From an uncultured Bdellovibrionales bacterium (GTDB lineage: Bacteria; Patescibacteriota; Minisyncoccia; Moranbacterales; GWC2-37-73), in the NCBI GenBank assembly GCA_964500125.1, contig CAZCMV010000001.1:54119-118118 (forward strand): a stretch of 64,000 nt of DNA, in the 5' to 3' direction. The position numbers and the translations under genes were made by a program. The notes below the pieces were generated by a model. That model ran no database searches. It saw nothing but the letters and a program-made list of their open reading frames with translations, and was not told where the DNA came from. Positions 36,939 through 47,038 of this stretch are shown here, in pieces. Each line of letters opens with the position of its first letter. The first letter of the stretch is position 1.

Positions 36939-38630
36939 TTATTTCCTAATTTTTTCCGTTACCCAAAATTCTCCAAAATATTTTTTTATCAAAATTCTGG
37001 TTTGCGAATCAATAGCAGGCAAAGCGCCCAATGTTGGAGCTATAATAGGCGTGAGAAACCATTGCAAAAACATATAAATATATCTTTTGCGTGAATATTT
37101 TGCCGGACGTGGCGGTAAAAGCATAAAACTGAGGAACATTGAAGCAATTAATCCACCCATAGCAAGCATCATCAGATATCTCGTTACAAAAGGCAGATTA
37201 TGCGCTAGAACACTTTCATTAAAAGCAGGTCCTCCAATAAGCAAAGGGAGCCATCCTAAGAGAGCTAGAATCAAAGCAGAAGTGGCCCAAGAATGATGTC
37301 CTTCTAGCATTTCAAAAGCGACACCTAATTTCTTACGCAATTTAATTTTTTTATCCGGCCAAATAGCGCGCATGATTATTGGAAAATTTTCTACACCATA
37401 GGCCCATCTCCTCTTTTGTTTATATTGATTTTTAATTGTTTTCCAATATGTTGATGCAAGTACCGCATCCAAAGAAATTGGCAGGTAAATAGGTTTTACT
37501 TGATAATCCCCATGATAATAAGCAAAACACTTCCAATAAATAATAGAATCTTCACTGATCATATTAACCGGCCAAAAATTGACCTTAACCAAGGTATCGA
37601 ACGGTTCACTATGTGAAGAAAAAGTTACCATTTCTAAACGAGTACTTTGATACATATGCCAAAAAGATGAGCTGGTAACAATCACACGCACAAAAGCGTT
37701 TGTATCCCAAAGATTATTATGATACATAGGCAAGGGTTGATATGAACGCTGCAAGCGCTTAGGGTCCGTTATATAAGCATAGGTTAATGCAGCAAAATAT
37801 TGAGGGTGACAAACACTATCACAGTCAAAATTGGAAAATATTACCCTATCATAAGGGATATTTCTTTCATCGAGGTATATCATTAACTTTTTAGCAGCAT
37901 AGGTAGCATTGGAAGCCTTACATTTCATTTCACCATCAGCCACTTCATGCGTAGTAACCAAAAAATCGCGAAAGGTACCGTGAAATTTGTTCTTGAGATA
38001 ATTAACCTTTTCCAGGCGTTGTTGCTCAGACTCTCTTTCTTCAGTAGCAAGCAATATGATAATTTGTTGATTTGGAAAATTACAATCAGCAATAGCCTGA
38101 ATTGCTGGTTCAATCACATCAGCAGGTTCATTAGCAGTTGGCAACATAACTACATGTACAATGCTGCGCCAATCCCAAATATGATTTTTTATCCTTTCCA
38201 GATCTTCAACTTCACAGGAATACGTTCTTATTTTCAATAATTCTTTTTTAATTTTTCTCCTCTCAAAAAAGGTTATTCTCTCTGACAATATTTCTCTTAA
38301 TGAAACTACCCTTTCACGCAATATAGCTTTATATGCTGTAGGATTGCTAATATTTTGACAACGATCCCACCAATCAATCTTTTTGCCGGTTTGAAATTTA
38401 CGATAGGCAGAAATCGAATAATAGGTAATAAAGATAGTTCGACATATCCAATACACGTCAAATGCGATAACAAAGACAGCGACCCATATCGGTAACAAAA
38501 AAGACAAAGCAAACATGCCTACAAATGTGCTCCAAGTAAGAATACCAGGGATCATTTCCAATATTCTTTGTATTTTACGTTGCTTGGGATTCTTAGTCTT
38601 CGGATCAGGAAAGTCAAATATTTTGTTCAT
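36939..38630 (-). CDS. membrane glycosyltransferase family 2 (processive, QxxRW type)
   Basis: DCDSV (DxD), KQKRRWAYG (QxxRW), N- and C-terminal TM bundles. Confidence 0.7.
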   Translation of the reverse strand: MNKIFDFPDPKTKNPKQRKIQRILEMIPGILTWSTFVGMFALSFLLPIWVAVFVIAFDVYWICRTIFITYYSISAYRKFQTGKKIDWWDRCQNISNPTAYKAILRERVVSLREILSERITFFERRKIKKELLKIRTYSCEVEDLERIKNHIWDWRSIVHVVMLPTANEPADVIEPAIQAIADCNFPNQQIIILLATEERESEQQRLEKVNYLKNKFHGTFRDFLVTTHEVADGEMKCKASNATYAAKKLMIYLDERNIPYDRVIFSNFDCDSVCHPQYFAALTYAYITDPKRLQRSYQPLPMYHNNLWDTNAFVRVIVTSSSFWHMYQSTRLEMVTFSSHSEPFDTLVKVNFWPVNMISEDSIIYWKCFAYYHGDYQVKPIYLPISLDAVLASTYWKTIKNQYKQKRRWAYGVENFPIIMRAIWPDKKIKLRKKLGVAFEMLEGHHSWATSALILALLGWLPLLIGGPAFNESVLAHNLPFVTRYLMMLAMGGLIASMFLSFMLLPPRPAKYSRKRYIYMFLQWFLTPIIAPTLGALPAIDSQTRILIKKYFGEFWVTEKIRK

Positions 38631-38722
38631 ATAGTGTATAACCCATCTGCTAATTTATTATTCTCCTGCTTTATATATTAATGTTATATTAGCAAAAAAT
38701 TAGTATTCCGGTATTTATCTTT

Positions 38723-39124
38723 CTAATAGTTTATCAATATTATTCCAACCGCAGCGATAGCTAACAAAATTTGTGCTATACAGGTTGCCAAAAGCAATAA
38801 ATGAGATATTACTCTTTCCTTTTGATCATAAAAAACTATTCCTAAAATTGTATTCACCACCATAATACACATTCCTATTGTAGGCAAAGCATAAATTTGC
38901 CACCAGTCACCAATCATATCCACTCCGAAATAAGCATTGTAGTGTAAAACTATGGGAAAATCAACCGGTCTAACAAAATAAGCCAAAACACCCCAAAGAG
39001 TCGCATTTACAATTAAAGCGCTTATTAAAGCCCAATGCACGACACTTGATCGAAAAAACTCTTTAGAAAAGAAATGTTGCATAATACAGGATGTCCTGCG
39101 CCATACCAGCACACGGAGAATCAT
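38723..39124 (-). CDS. hypothetical membrane protein (133 aa)
   Basis: Four hydrophobic helices. Confidence 0.35.
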   Translation of the reverse strand: MILRVLVWRRTSCIMQHFFSKEFFRSSVVHWALISALIVNATLWGVLAYFVRPVDFPIVLHYNAYFGVDMIGDWWQIYALPTIGMCIMVVNTILGIVFYDQKERVISHLLLLATCIAQILLAIAAVGIILINY

Positions 39125-39144
39125 CCATGAAATTGTACGGCCTT

Positions 39145-39750
39145 TTAATATTTTTTCAGATTTATAATCAGACGCTTAAGTCCAGGAATTTTATTGACAA
39201 CTTCGTCATGTGGACCCTCAAGAAATTCAAGTAGAAATCTATCCAACATATCCATACGGTATTTAAATTCTTCTGAATTCATCAACACAAAACTGATTTC
39301 TCTGCCAACCTCCGCCTCCAAGCCATTCATTAGCGTTCGCAATTTGCCACGATTTATGTTATTGGCAACCAATATCATATCCGCCTTACTTTTTGGATAG
39401 TTCAAAAACAACCCACTTACCAATAAAAGTTTAACATCACCGACAGCCTTCACCTTAGCAAGTGATTTACACTGTGGAGTAGCATTTGCCTTTGCCATTA
39501 AGCTTTTTAATTCTGGATAAAAATGATAATCATTATTAAGTGAATAGGAACGCACTTTCTTTTTAATTTTTAAATTCAAGAATTTGATCTTAGCAAGATC
39601 ATTTAATTCTTTGCGTGCACTGGCAAAAGGAACCATATTACGCTTTGCCACCTCTGCGACTGAAAATTCTCCTTCCTGATTAAGTAAGAAAAAACGCAGA
39701 ATTCTCGCACGTGTACGAGACCCAAAAAGCACATCGAGTGTGTCAGACAT
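39145..39750 (-). CDS. hypothetical protein, possible wHTH regulator (201 aa)
   Basis: N-terminal RARILRFFLLNQEGEFSVAEVAKR resembles ArsR/MarR-type wHTH. Confidence 0.35.
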   Translation of the reverse strand: MSDTLDVLFGSRTRARILRFFLLNQEGEFSVAEVAKRNMVPFASARKELNDLAKIKFLNLKIKKKVRSYSLNNDYHFYPELKSLMAKANATPQCKSLAKVKAVGDVKLLLVSGLFLNYPKSKADMILVANNINRGKLRTLMNGLEAEVGREISFVLMNSEEFKYRMDMLDRFLLEFLEGPHDEVVNKIPGLKRLIINLKKY

Positions 39751-39957
39751 ATCGGTATAATAAATTTATATTATCATTTATATATGCGCCATAGTACAAT
39801 TTCTCACACCCCCTTAAATCTAAGTATATATCACTAATGCCCTTACGTAAACCCCGTCAAAAAAATAAGGACCCGAGATACTGCCAATGATTCACTATTT
39901 GATGTTAAAATTCCACGCGGTATGTTATAATATACTAGAGCTATACCTAATCGAGAA

Positions 39958-42414
39958 ATGGACAAGATTAATAATACACAGAGGGAGCTACAGAAGCAAT
40001 ATACGCCCATAATGGCTTTTAGCAGCGCTTCTCGTAAACCTTACATAGAATCTTTCTACTACGAACCAGAGAACATAGTGCAGCAACCACTGGGCACTCT
40101 TTTGGGTTATTTTGAGGTGCGTGAATACAGTGAAGAATCAGCATACATAGTTAATTTTCTAAATTCTGTATTAAAGAAAGAATATTACATAAATCCAAGA
40201 CGTTCCGTTGGCGAAAGTTTGGATGCTGCCTTACACAAGGTAAACGTTGCTCTTTCGGAAATAGCCAAACACGGAAACGTTGACTGGCTTGGAAATCTCG
40301 ATGCTGCCATATGTGTTTTAGAAAAAAACAGCCTTCATTTTTCAGTATCCGGAGAAGCCAAAATACTTCTTTCCCGCGGCGACACTTTTAATGAAATCAG
40401 CGATGGACTTTCTTCTGAAATTATAGAACCTCACCCTCTTAAGACTTTTGTTAATGTAGCAAGTGGAAGATTGGAAACAAAAGACAGATTAATAATCGCC
40501 TCTCGGGATATTTTTTCTCTTTTCACATCACAGCAACTCAAAAAAAACAACGACCGACTGGATGATAACCAATTCATACAATTTCTAAAAACAGCATTGG
40601 TCAATAATTCCAACACAACCCACGTTGGTGTTGTTCTACTTTCTGAAAAAAAATTGCCCCCTAAAAACAAAAAAAAAGAAAAATTGATCATATCAGAAGA
40701 AAAAAGCACAAACGTCTTTAGTCAGCAAGCCTTCGTCTCTCCAGAACAAGCAGAAAGCATGGCTGACAAAAAAAATACACAAACCACTGAGGAAAAACCC
40801 GAATATATCGATAGCAAAACCGGTCATATATACGTAAAAGGAGAGCAACAGTCTGAAAAATCAGAAAGTTATTTTAGCGAATCAATATCCACAATCTGGG
40901 AAAACATTGCTGATTCCCTACAGCACCTCAAAAACAAATTACGCCGAAAATTAATAATAGCCCGCAAAAGCTTACATAAATCATCTATTCACACTGAAAA
41001 AACAATAGAGGAGCTGAGACCTGAAAAACAAATTGAACAAACACCTGAACTAAAAATAAAACCAGAAATAACAAAATCACACACCACCGTCCTGTCCGAA
41101 AAAATACCAGCAAAAATCAAATCCGAGTCAACTGTCCATTCGGAACCAAAAAAAGAAAAGAAGATCATTTCAACGCCAACTGAAATATCCGCCAAAATTG
41201 AACCTAAAACCAAATTAGAAAGACCCAGCTTTTTTGAAAACTACAAAAAACAGTTTTCGGACGTTTTAAAAGAAAAAACTCCACAATTATCCGAAAGCTT
41301 AATGAAAAAAATCTCAAATTTTGTCGGGATGTTTTTCAAAACTGCTTCAAATACTGTTGCAAGGTTGATTGGATTTATAAAAAACACTTTAGAAAAACGC
41401 AAAGAGACCCAGATAAAATCTTCAGAAAAGAAAGAATTTAAAGAAAAAGAGCAAAAATTTCGTTTATTGCCAAGTTTGGCAAGGCTTAAAAATACTTTTT
41501 TTTCACTTAATTCAAAACAAAAATTGTGGGGACTCATAGCGATAGCAGCAATAATAATCCTTCCAATGATTCTAGCGGCTATTACCAATAAAAATAATAT
41601 TCCTGAACAAGCACAAACCACTCAGGCACCAAGTCGTGAAGATCTGTTGATAAATGAAAAAAACATATCATTCTCAACCTCCCTATCCTCAATAAACACA
41701 CTTACTGATATTATTTTTATACTACCCACAGAAAACAATACTATTTTTATCAATAAAAACAGTTTATTCATTGATGAAAACCAACAACAAGTGCCATTAC
41801 CATCGAGTGATATTATTTCTGCTGCCTATATGAAGGACCTATCTCTTGTATTTTTACTTACATCTGACAATAAAATTATTTCTTTCAGTCCAAATACAAA
41901 GCAATTTAAAGAAAATAGCATTGAATTTCCTTCTGGCTTCAAACCAAAAGAAATTGGCACCTATCTGACCTACCTATACGTAACTGATGCCAATAGCAAT
42001 CAAATATACCGTTATCCTCGCGCCGAAGGTGGTTTTGGCACAAAAACAAATTGGCTCAAAGACACTGCCGACATCTCGCTTGTCAGCGACATGACTATTG
42101 ATGACAGTGTTTATCTTGCATATTCAGACAAATTAATTAAATTTTTCAAAGGAAAACAGGACCATTTAAACTTCGAAAACTCCGCTACTCCTATTGTGTT
42201 TTCCGCCATATATACAGACACCAACCAGTCAAGCGTTTATGTTTTGGATAAGCAAAATTCACGAATAATAATTTTCAACAAAACTAACGGGCAAATTAAA
42301 AAACAATATTATAATGAATCATTCACTTCAGCCACCTCTATAGCTGCTAATGAAAAAAGCAATCAAATATACATAGCAACCCCTTCTAAAATGCAATCCA
42401 TTGCTATTGAATAA
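39958..42414 (+). CDS. large membrane-anchored hypothetical protein (818 aa)
   Basis: Cytoplasmic N-domain, long K/E-rich linker, single TM (LWGLIAIAAIIILPMILAAI), extracytoplasmic C-domain. Confidence 0.45.
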   Translation: MDKINNTQRELQKQYTPIMAFSSASRKPYIESFYYEPENIVQQPLGTLLGYFEVREYSEESAYIVNFLNSVLKKEYYINPRRSVGESLDAALHKVNVALSEIAKHGNVDWLGNLDAAICVLEKNSLHFSVSGEAKILLSRGDTFNEISDGLSSEIIEPHPLKTFVNVASGRLETKDRLIIASRDIFSLFTSQQLKKNNDRLDDNQFIQFLKTALVNNSNTTHVGVVLLSEKKLPPKNKKKEKLIISEEKSTNVFSQQAFVSPEQAESMADKKNTQTTEEKPEYIDSKTGHIYVKGEQQSEKSESYFSESISTIWENIADSLQHLKNKLRRKLIIARKSLHKSSIHTEKTIEELRPEKQIEQTPELKIKPEITKSHTTVLSEKIPAKIKSESTVHSEPKKEKKIISTPTEISAKIEPKTKLERPSFFENYKKQFSDVLKEKTPQLSESLMKKISNFVGMFFKTASNTVARLIGFIKNTLEKRKETQIKSSEKKEFKEKEQKFRLLPSLARLKNTFFSLNSKQKLWGLIAIAAIIILPMILAAITNKNNIPEQAQTTQAPSREDLLINEKNISFSTSLSSINTLTDIIFILPTENNTIFINKNSLFIDENQQQVPLPSSDIISAAYMKDLSLVFLLTSDNKIISFSPNTKQFKENSIEFPSGFKPKEIGTYLTYLYVTDANSNQIYRYPRAEGGFGTKTNWLKDTADISLVSDMTIDDSVYLAYSDKLIKFFKGKQDHLNFENSATPIVFSAIYTDTNQSSVYVLDKQNSRIIIFNKTNGQIKKQYYNESFTSATSIAANEKSNQIYIATPSKMQSIAIE

Positions 42415-42442
42415 ACCATGTGGAAGGCATTAAATAATCCAA

Positions 42443-42467
42443 ATACCGCCAATCACGGCGGTATTTT
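42443..42467 (+). terminator. rho-independent terminator
   Basis: ataccgcc-aatca-cggcggtat hairpin followed by TTTT. Confidence 0.5.
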
Positions 42468-42492
42468 AAAGTATTTTTAAGTATTTCCATAG

Positions 42493-42648
42493 CTACCACT
42501 CTCCTCCGACGCTTACGCCTCCACTGCTTCTAAAAGAAGTTGATGCATTTGTTGCAATAGCTGATGATAAACTTTCCATGGAAGAAGAAAAACTGTCTGC
42601 ATTAAAGGTTCCGGTATTTCCGACATACTTCAATTCAATATCTTTCAT
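42493..42648 (-). CDS. small Ser/Gly-rich peptide (51 aa), speculative
   Basis: Minus-strand ORF MKDIELKYVGNTGTFNADSFSSSMESLSSAIATNASTSFRSSGGVSVGGEW; not in ORF track (<60 aa). Confidence 0.15.
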   Translation of the reverse strand: MKDIELKYVGNTGTFNADSFSSSMESLSSAIATNASTSFRSSGGVSVGGEW

Positions 42649-42815
42649 AAAATTACTAATATTTTTTTCAAAAAATATTTTTTAGCAACTTCACATTATC
42701 ATTTTCCCACTTTTCAAAAACACTTGCAAACAAATTATCACATTCGTGTATATTTTATAATTAAATAAAAAAAACAGCTCTTGGTAATTTCCTTGAGCTG
42801 ATTAAATTCATTTAT

Positions 42816-43448
42816 TTAAAAGCAAAGTTGCTTGAGATCCATGGGATCATCAAAGACAAAATCGGGCTTGAAAATCTCAAGCTGACTTCTCTTTCCCATG
42901 CCCCAAGTCACAGCTGCTGTTTTTACTTTAGCACTCTTGCCAGCTATAATATCGGCATGGGTGTCTCCGATCATAATTGTCTCCGAAGCATCAATACCCG
43001 TCGCATTCATTATGAGAAATATTCCTTCAGGATCTGGCTTAACCATTCTAACATCATCACTTCCCAGAACATAAGCAAAATATCCCAACACATTTTTGAG
43101 TGATTTTTTGACACTTGTGGAAGATGCTGCTGAAAGAACTGCCAAACAATGACGTTTTTTCAATTCTTGCAACATTTCATTCACCCACGAAAAAACTGTA
43201 ATTTGCGGGTCATATATTTCATGAAATATTCTTATTATTTCAGAATAATCACTACCTTCGGGCATACCCATTCTTTCGAGATTGTGTTGCCAACGCATTA
43301 AATTTACCCAGCCTTTGAAACATTCAGCATTTTGCCAAAATTCCAGCGGGTCTCTTTCTAGATATAAAGCGATGGCCTTGTATGCATCATACATAGCATT
43401 TTGGCAGGTTGACCTCAGAACGCCGTCACAGTCGAAAATCACTAACAT
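42816..43448 (-). CDS. HAD-superfamily hydrolase (phosphatase)
   Basis: MLVIFDCDGVL (DxDGV motif I), S/T motif II, GDTHADI motif IV. Confidence 0.75.
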   Translation of the reverse strand: MLVIFDCDGVLRSTCQNAMYDAYKAIALYLERDPLEFWQNAECFKGWVNLMRWQHNLERMGMPEGSDYSEIIRIFHEIYDPQITVFSWVNEMLQELKKRHCLAVLSAASSTSVKKSLKNVLGYFAYVLGSDDVRMVKPDPEGIFLIMNATGIDASETIMIGDTHADIIAGKSAKVKTAAVTWGMGKRSQLEIFKPDFVFDDPMDLKQLCF

Positions 43449-43584
43449 GCTTTTGCCCTCCTTTCTTTGAATGTTTTTAAGCTACTGAAATCATTTTTAT
43501 GTTCACCCATCCTATAACAAAACCGCAAACTCGTAAAGCCTGCAGCTGTTTTAAGTCAATCTCGAAATAGCAGCTTCTTTTTTT

Positions 43585-46053
43585 CTAAAACTTCTCCGCC
43601 AATTTAACCCGTTCCATGATTTCCCGGTTGACTATGCGCGCATCACGACCATAAGTAAGACGCGAAAGCTCTTTTAGATACACTGCCAATTTTTCATCGC
43701 CAGGCGTTGGCGGATATGTCTTCATACTGAAAGGTTTAGAAAGTTCATTATTGAGCAACACCCTGGCAAAAAAGTTGTAATTGTCAACATTAACAATATC
43801 TTGAGCACCAAAAACCGGGGCAAATTGCTTTTCCAAAAATTCCGCATCTTCCGGTCCCACACGAAATGAACACATGGAACCGACATTACCGAACACTGCC
43901 TTGGAAATCTCTTCACTCAATTGACCGATAAATTGATGCGCAATCGTGAGCGACAAGCGATATTTGCGCGCTTCAGAAAGAATCTGCGAAATAGAGTCCG
44001 TAGTTACATTTTGGAATTCGTCGATATAGAGATAAAAATCCTTACGCTCATCTTCCGGCATATCCACACGCGAAAGCGCCGCCATCAAAATCTTGCCAAC
44101 AATAACAAGCCCGAGCAGATGACTGTTAATTTCACCAATTTTTCCTTTGGATAAATTTACAATCAAGATCTTGCCCTCATCCATGACTTTGCGAAAATCC
44201 ATTGTACTCTTTTGTTGTGCAATAATCGGACGCATCATGTCATTAGAAATGAATGTGGTGAGTTTAGAGGTAATATATGGAACCATATTAGCCAGTGCAG
44301 CTTCTCCGCCTGCTTTTTCCGCTTCCTTGATCCAAAAATCGCGCACCACCGGATTTTGGCATTTGGTCAACTTCATGCGGCGAAAATCCTCATCCGCAAG
44401 CACTTTGGAAATTTCCATCAGCGTCGAACCGGATTCTGGATCTTCCATAATAAGCAACATGGCGTTACGCACATATTGTTCAAACATCGGTCCGCCAGTT
44501 TGTTTTAGATCATACAAACGGTCAAATATATTAATCATTTCATTAATCACAAACGTTTTTTCTTCCGGACGTGAATATTCCAACATATTTAAACCAAAAG
44601 GTCTCTCCATATCAGAAGGATCAAAATAAATCACATCCTCGGCACGCTCTTTGGGAACAGCCGCCAGAACATCTGTTGCAAAATCACCATGCGGATCAAT
44701 AACGCAGACGCCTTTACCGTTTCTAACATCCTGTTTGGCCATTTCTTTGAGCAACACAGACTTTCCAACACCGGTCTGACCAATAACGTACATATGCCTC
44801 CTTCTGTCGCCATCCGTAAGTCTTATATCCGTTTTAGTACCGCGATAATCATTATGGCCAAGCAAAATTCCCTGCTGCGGAACATTAAGCGGGGGAGGGG
44901 CTGCGCCAGCCTTGAGCCATTTGATTTTTGGTGTCTCCGTTGTGGAAATAGGAAAATGATAAATACTGGAAATCTCTTCTGAGTTTAATATCATGACATG
45001 ATCTTCATCATATGCCCTAAAGATATAATCAAAAGATATCTTTTTTTCCTTAAGCCTCTTGGCAATTCTAAAATGATTTGACTGAGCATATTCAAATTGA
45101 GCAAATGCATTTTCCAAATGAGCCAATATTTCATCGGCACGATGCTGCGTCGAAGCCGAAGCAAGCAAGCGAATATTCACGGAAAAACCAGCTTTATTTG
45201 TCTTTCCCTCTATTGCCTTAACCAATTCTTGTTCTTCTGGTGTAAGCTGAACTTGTTGCGATGAAAAGGGCTGGTGTTGCTGATCGGATGAGCTGGCCAA
45301 TATTTTAAATGATTCTTTTGCAATTTCTTTCGCTAAGGAATTGGTATATGCATCTTTAAGCTGCTTCCCTTGTTGCATCCTATGCGCAATCATTCTTCCT
45401 GACTTGCGCCATTCTGTTCCTGCAGGCCTCAAAATCAACTGCACAGCTGCTCCCTCTTCCACTGTTTCCAATTTACTTAAGGCATTGGAAATTTCATTAA
45501 GCGGATCAATATCCATGCGTTCGTATGTCTGAATCGGCAAAGCATATTTATCCTTTAACTCAAGCATTGCTGCAGACGTGTATCCCCCAGATGTAAAAAT
45601 AGTATAATCGGGAACCTTTTCCACCATTGCATGAGGAAAATAACTATGTACTTGCTTTTCTATGCTCTCGCGAAATTTACGAGGTACTATCAGATAAAAA
45701 GAAATTTCTTCACTATTGGAAGGATTAGCTATTTCCAAAGCCACATGGGGATTATCATATAGAAAATAAGCAAAAAAAGACTTTTTTTCCTTTAGATTAG
45801 CCAAAGTGGTAAGCAATTGTTCCATAGCACCAATCTCTTCTTTCCACACTTGAGGATTTTGCGCTTGTTGCGAATGATCCTTGTTTATTTTGGTGACTTT
45901 AACCACCTCTATATCCATGTTCAAGGAACGATTAATTTGTGCACGATAACGAAAAAAGCTGCGTATAACCAAAAGCACACCGCTCACAAAAGCAACCAGC
46001 GACAACAAAATAACTACCGGAACAAAAAGATAGTTGAAATCAAATGTCTCCAT
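43585..46053 (-). CDS. VirB4/VirD4(TraG)-like P-loop ATPase with N-terminal TM anchor (822 aa)
   Basis: Walker A GQTGVGKS followed by VIDPHGDF, Walker B YLYIDEFQNV; single N-terminal TM helix. Confidence 0.6.
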   Translation of the reverse strand: METFDFNYLFVPVVILLSLVAFVSGVLLVIRSFFRYRAQINRSLNMDIEVVKVTKINKDHSQQAQNPQVWKEEIGAMEQLLTTLANLKEKKSFFAYFLYDNPHVALEIANPSNSEEISFYLIVPRKFRESIEKQVHSYFPHAMVEKVPDYTIFTSGGYTSAAMLELKDKYALPIQTYERMDIDPLNEISNALSKLETVEEGAAVQLILRPAGTEWRKSGRMIAHRMQQGKQLKDAYTNSLAKEIAKESFKILASSSDQQHQPFSSQQVQLTPEEQELVKAIEGKTNKAGFSVNIRLLASASTQHRADEILAHLENAFAQFEYAQSNHFRIAKRLKEKKISFDYIFRAYDEDHVMILNSEEISSIYHFPISTTETPKIKWLKAGAAPPPLNVPQQGILLGHNDYRGTKTDIRLTDGDRRRHMYVIGQTGVGKSVLLKEMAKQDVRNGKGVCVIDPHGDFATDVLAAVPKERAEDVIYFDPSDMERPFGLNMLEYSRPEEKTFVINEMINIFDRLYDLKQTGGPMFEQYVRNAMLLIMEDPESGSTLMEISKVLADEDFRRMKLTKCQNPVVRDFWIKEAEKAGGEAALANMVPYITSKLTTFISNDMMRPIIAQQKSTMDFRKVMDEGKILIVNLSKGKIGEINSHLLGLVIVGKILMAALSRVDMPEDERKDFYLYIDEFQNVTTDSISQILSEARKYRLSLTIAHQFIGQLSEEISKAVFGNVGSMCSFRVGPEDAEFLEKQFAPVFGAQDIVNVDNYNFFARVLLNNELSKPFSMKTYPPTPGDEKLAVYLKELSRLTYGRDARIVNREIMERVKLAEKF

Positions 46054-46102
46054 TTTTGTTTCTGTTTTTTATAAATTCCACATTATTGACCATTGAAAAT
46101 TT

Positions 46103-46567
46103 TCACAGTTCTTTCAACATTCCCTTTTCAACAAGCGCATCATGCAATTCCTCTGCCATCATCTTGTCATGGAAAGTATCGAGCACATAGTTATTTTCTA
46201 AATGTTTGGCAACATTGACTGCATGTACGACTCCCTTATTAATTGCTATATCCACCAAATGCTGTACTTGCGCTTGAGTGTCAGCTTTATTTGCTACTTC
46301 ATCGGCATCCTGACTGACTGCAGCCACACCAAATGATTGCTGTTGAGTTTGGATTTTGGACAAAATATTATTATAAGCATTGTCTCGTTCCGCGCCAACT
46401 ACTTCCTTTGGCGTTTCCTTTTCCACTGCCACTAGTGCTATTTCTGCTTCGCTGCCATTACCCATTACATTGTCTTTTTTCAAATGTCTCTCCAAATTCA
46501 AATCATCTTCGCTAATTGGTTCAAGATTTGATTTAACTGGCTCCATATTGGTAAAATCAAAATTCAA
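46103..46567 (-). CDS. hypothetical protein (154 aa)
   Basis: Co-directional, close-spaced with ATPase gene. Confidence 0.35.
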   Translation of the reverse strand: MNFDFTNMEPVKSNLEPISEDDLNLERHLKKDNVMGNGSEAEIALVAVEKETPKEVVGAERDNAYNNILSKIQTQQQSFGVAAVSQDADEVANKADTQAQVQHLVDIAINKGVVHAVNVAKHLENNYVLDTFHDKMMAEELHDALVEKGMLKEL

Positions 46568-46662
46568 AAATCAAAATGTCATTCCAAAAATCAAAAATAA
46601 ATTTTTCATTTTACATTGTCATTTTGCTCCGCCAACCGGCGAATTAATATTTGCATTTTGCA

Positions 46663-46983
46663 TTAAGAATTATTAGCTTCCATCATCTCCCTCCTGAATC
46701 CATCAATTGTCTGCTGAATCATATCATCATAATTAGGTATGCGCTGTTTGAAAAAACCCTGCGCTTCCTCCGGACTTATATTATCATTTTCCAGAAATTT
46801 TTCATATTCTGCACGACCTTCCTCGCCCAATTTTTCCATAGTCTCCACAAAAATGCGCTTAAGCAGCACTTCTGTCATTTTAATAAGCAACTCATTGCGC
46901 TTATCTTCCGGTAATGTGTCAATACCCATATCCTTAACTAACTGATCCAGTGCTTGAGATTGATCTTGTGTTATCTGATCCAT
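46663..46983 (-). CDS. hypothetical protein (106 aa)
   Basis: Acidic helical protein in same operon. Confidence 0.35.
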   Translation of the reverse strand: MDQITQDQSQALDQLVKDMGIDTLPEDKRNELLIKMTEVLLKRIFVETMEKLGEEGRAEYEKFLENDNISPEEAQGFFKQRIPNYDDMIQQTIDGFRREMMEANNS

Positions 46984-47038
46984 AAAAAATTTTTTAATTG
47001 TAAATTATATTTTCAAATAAAACCCTGCAATAACCCAG

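Noticed and set aside
44147-44982. Plus-strand ORFs of 97-160 aa
   Set aside because: Located inside the Walker A/B-containing ATPase gene on the opposite strand.
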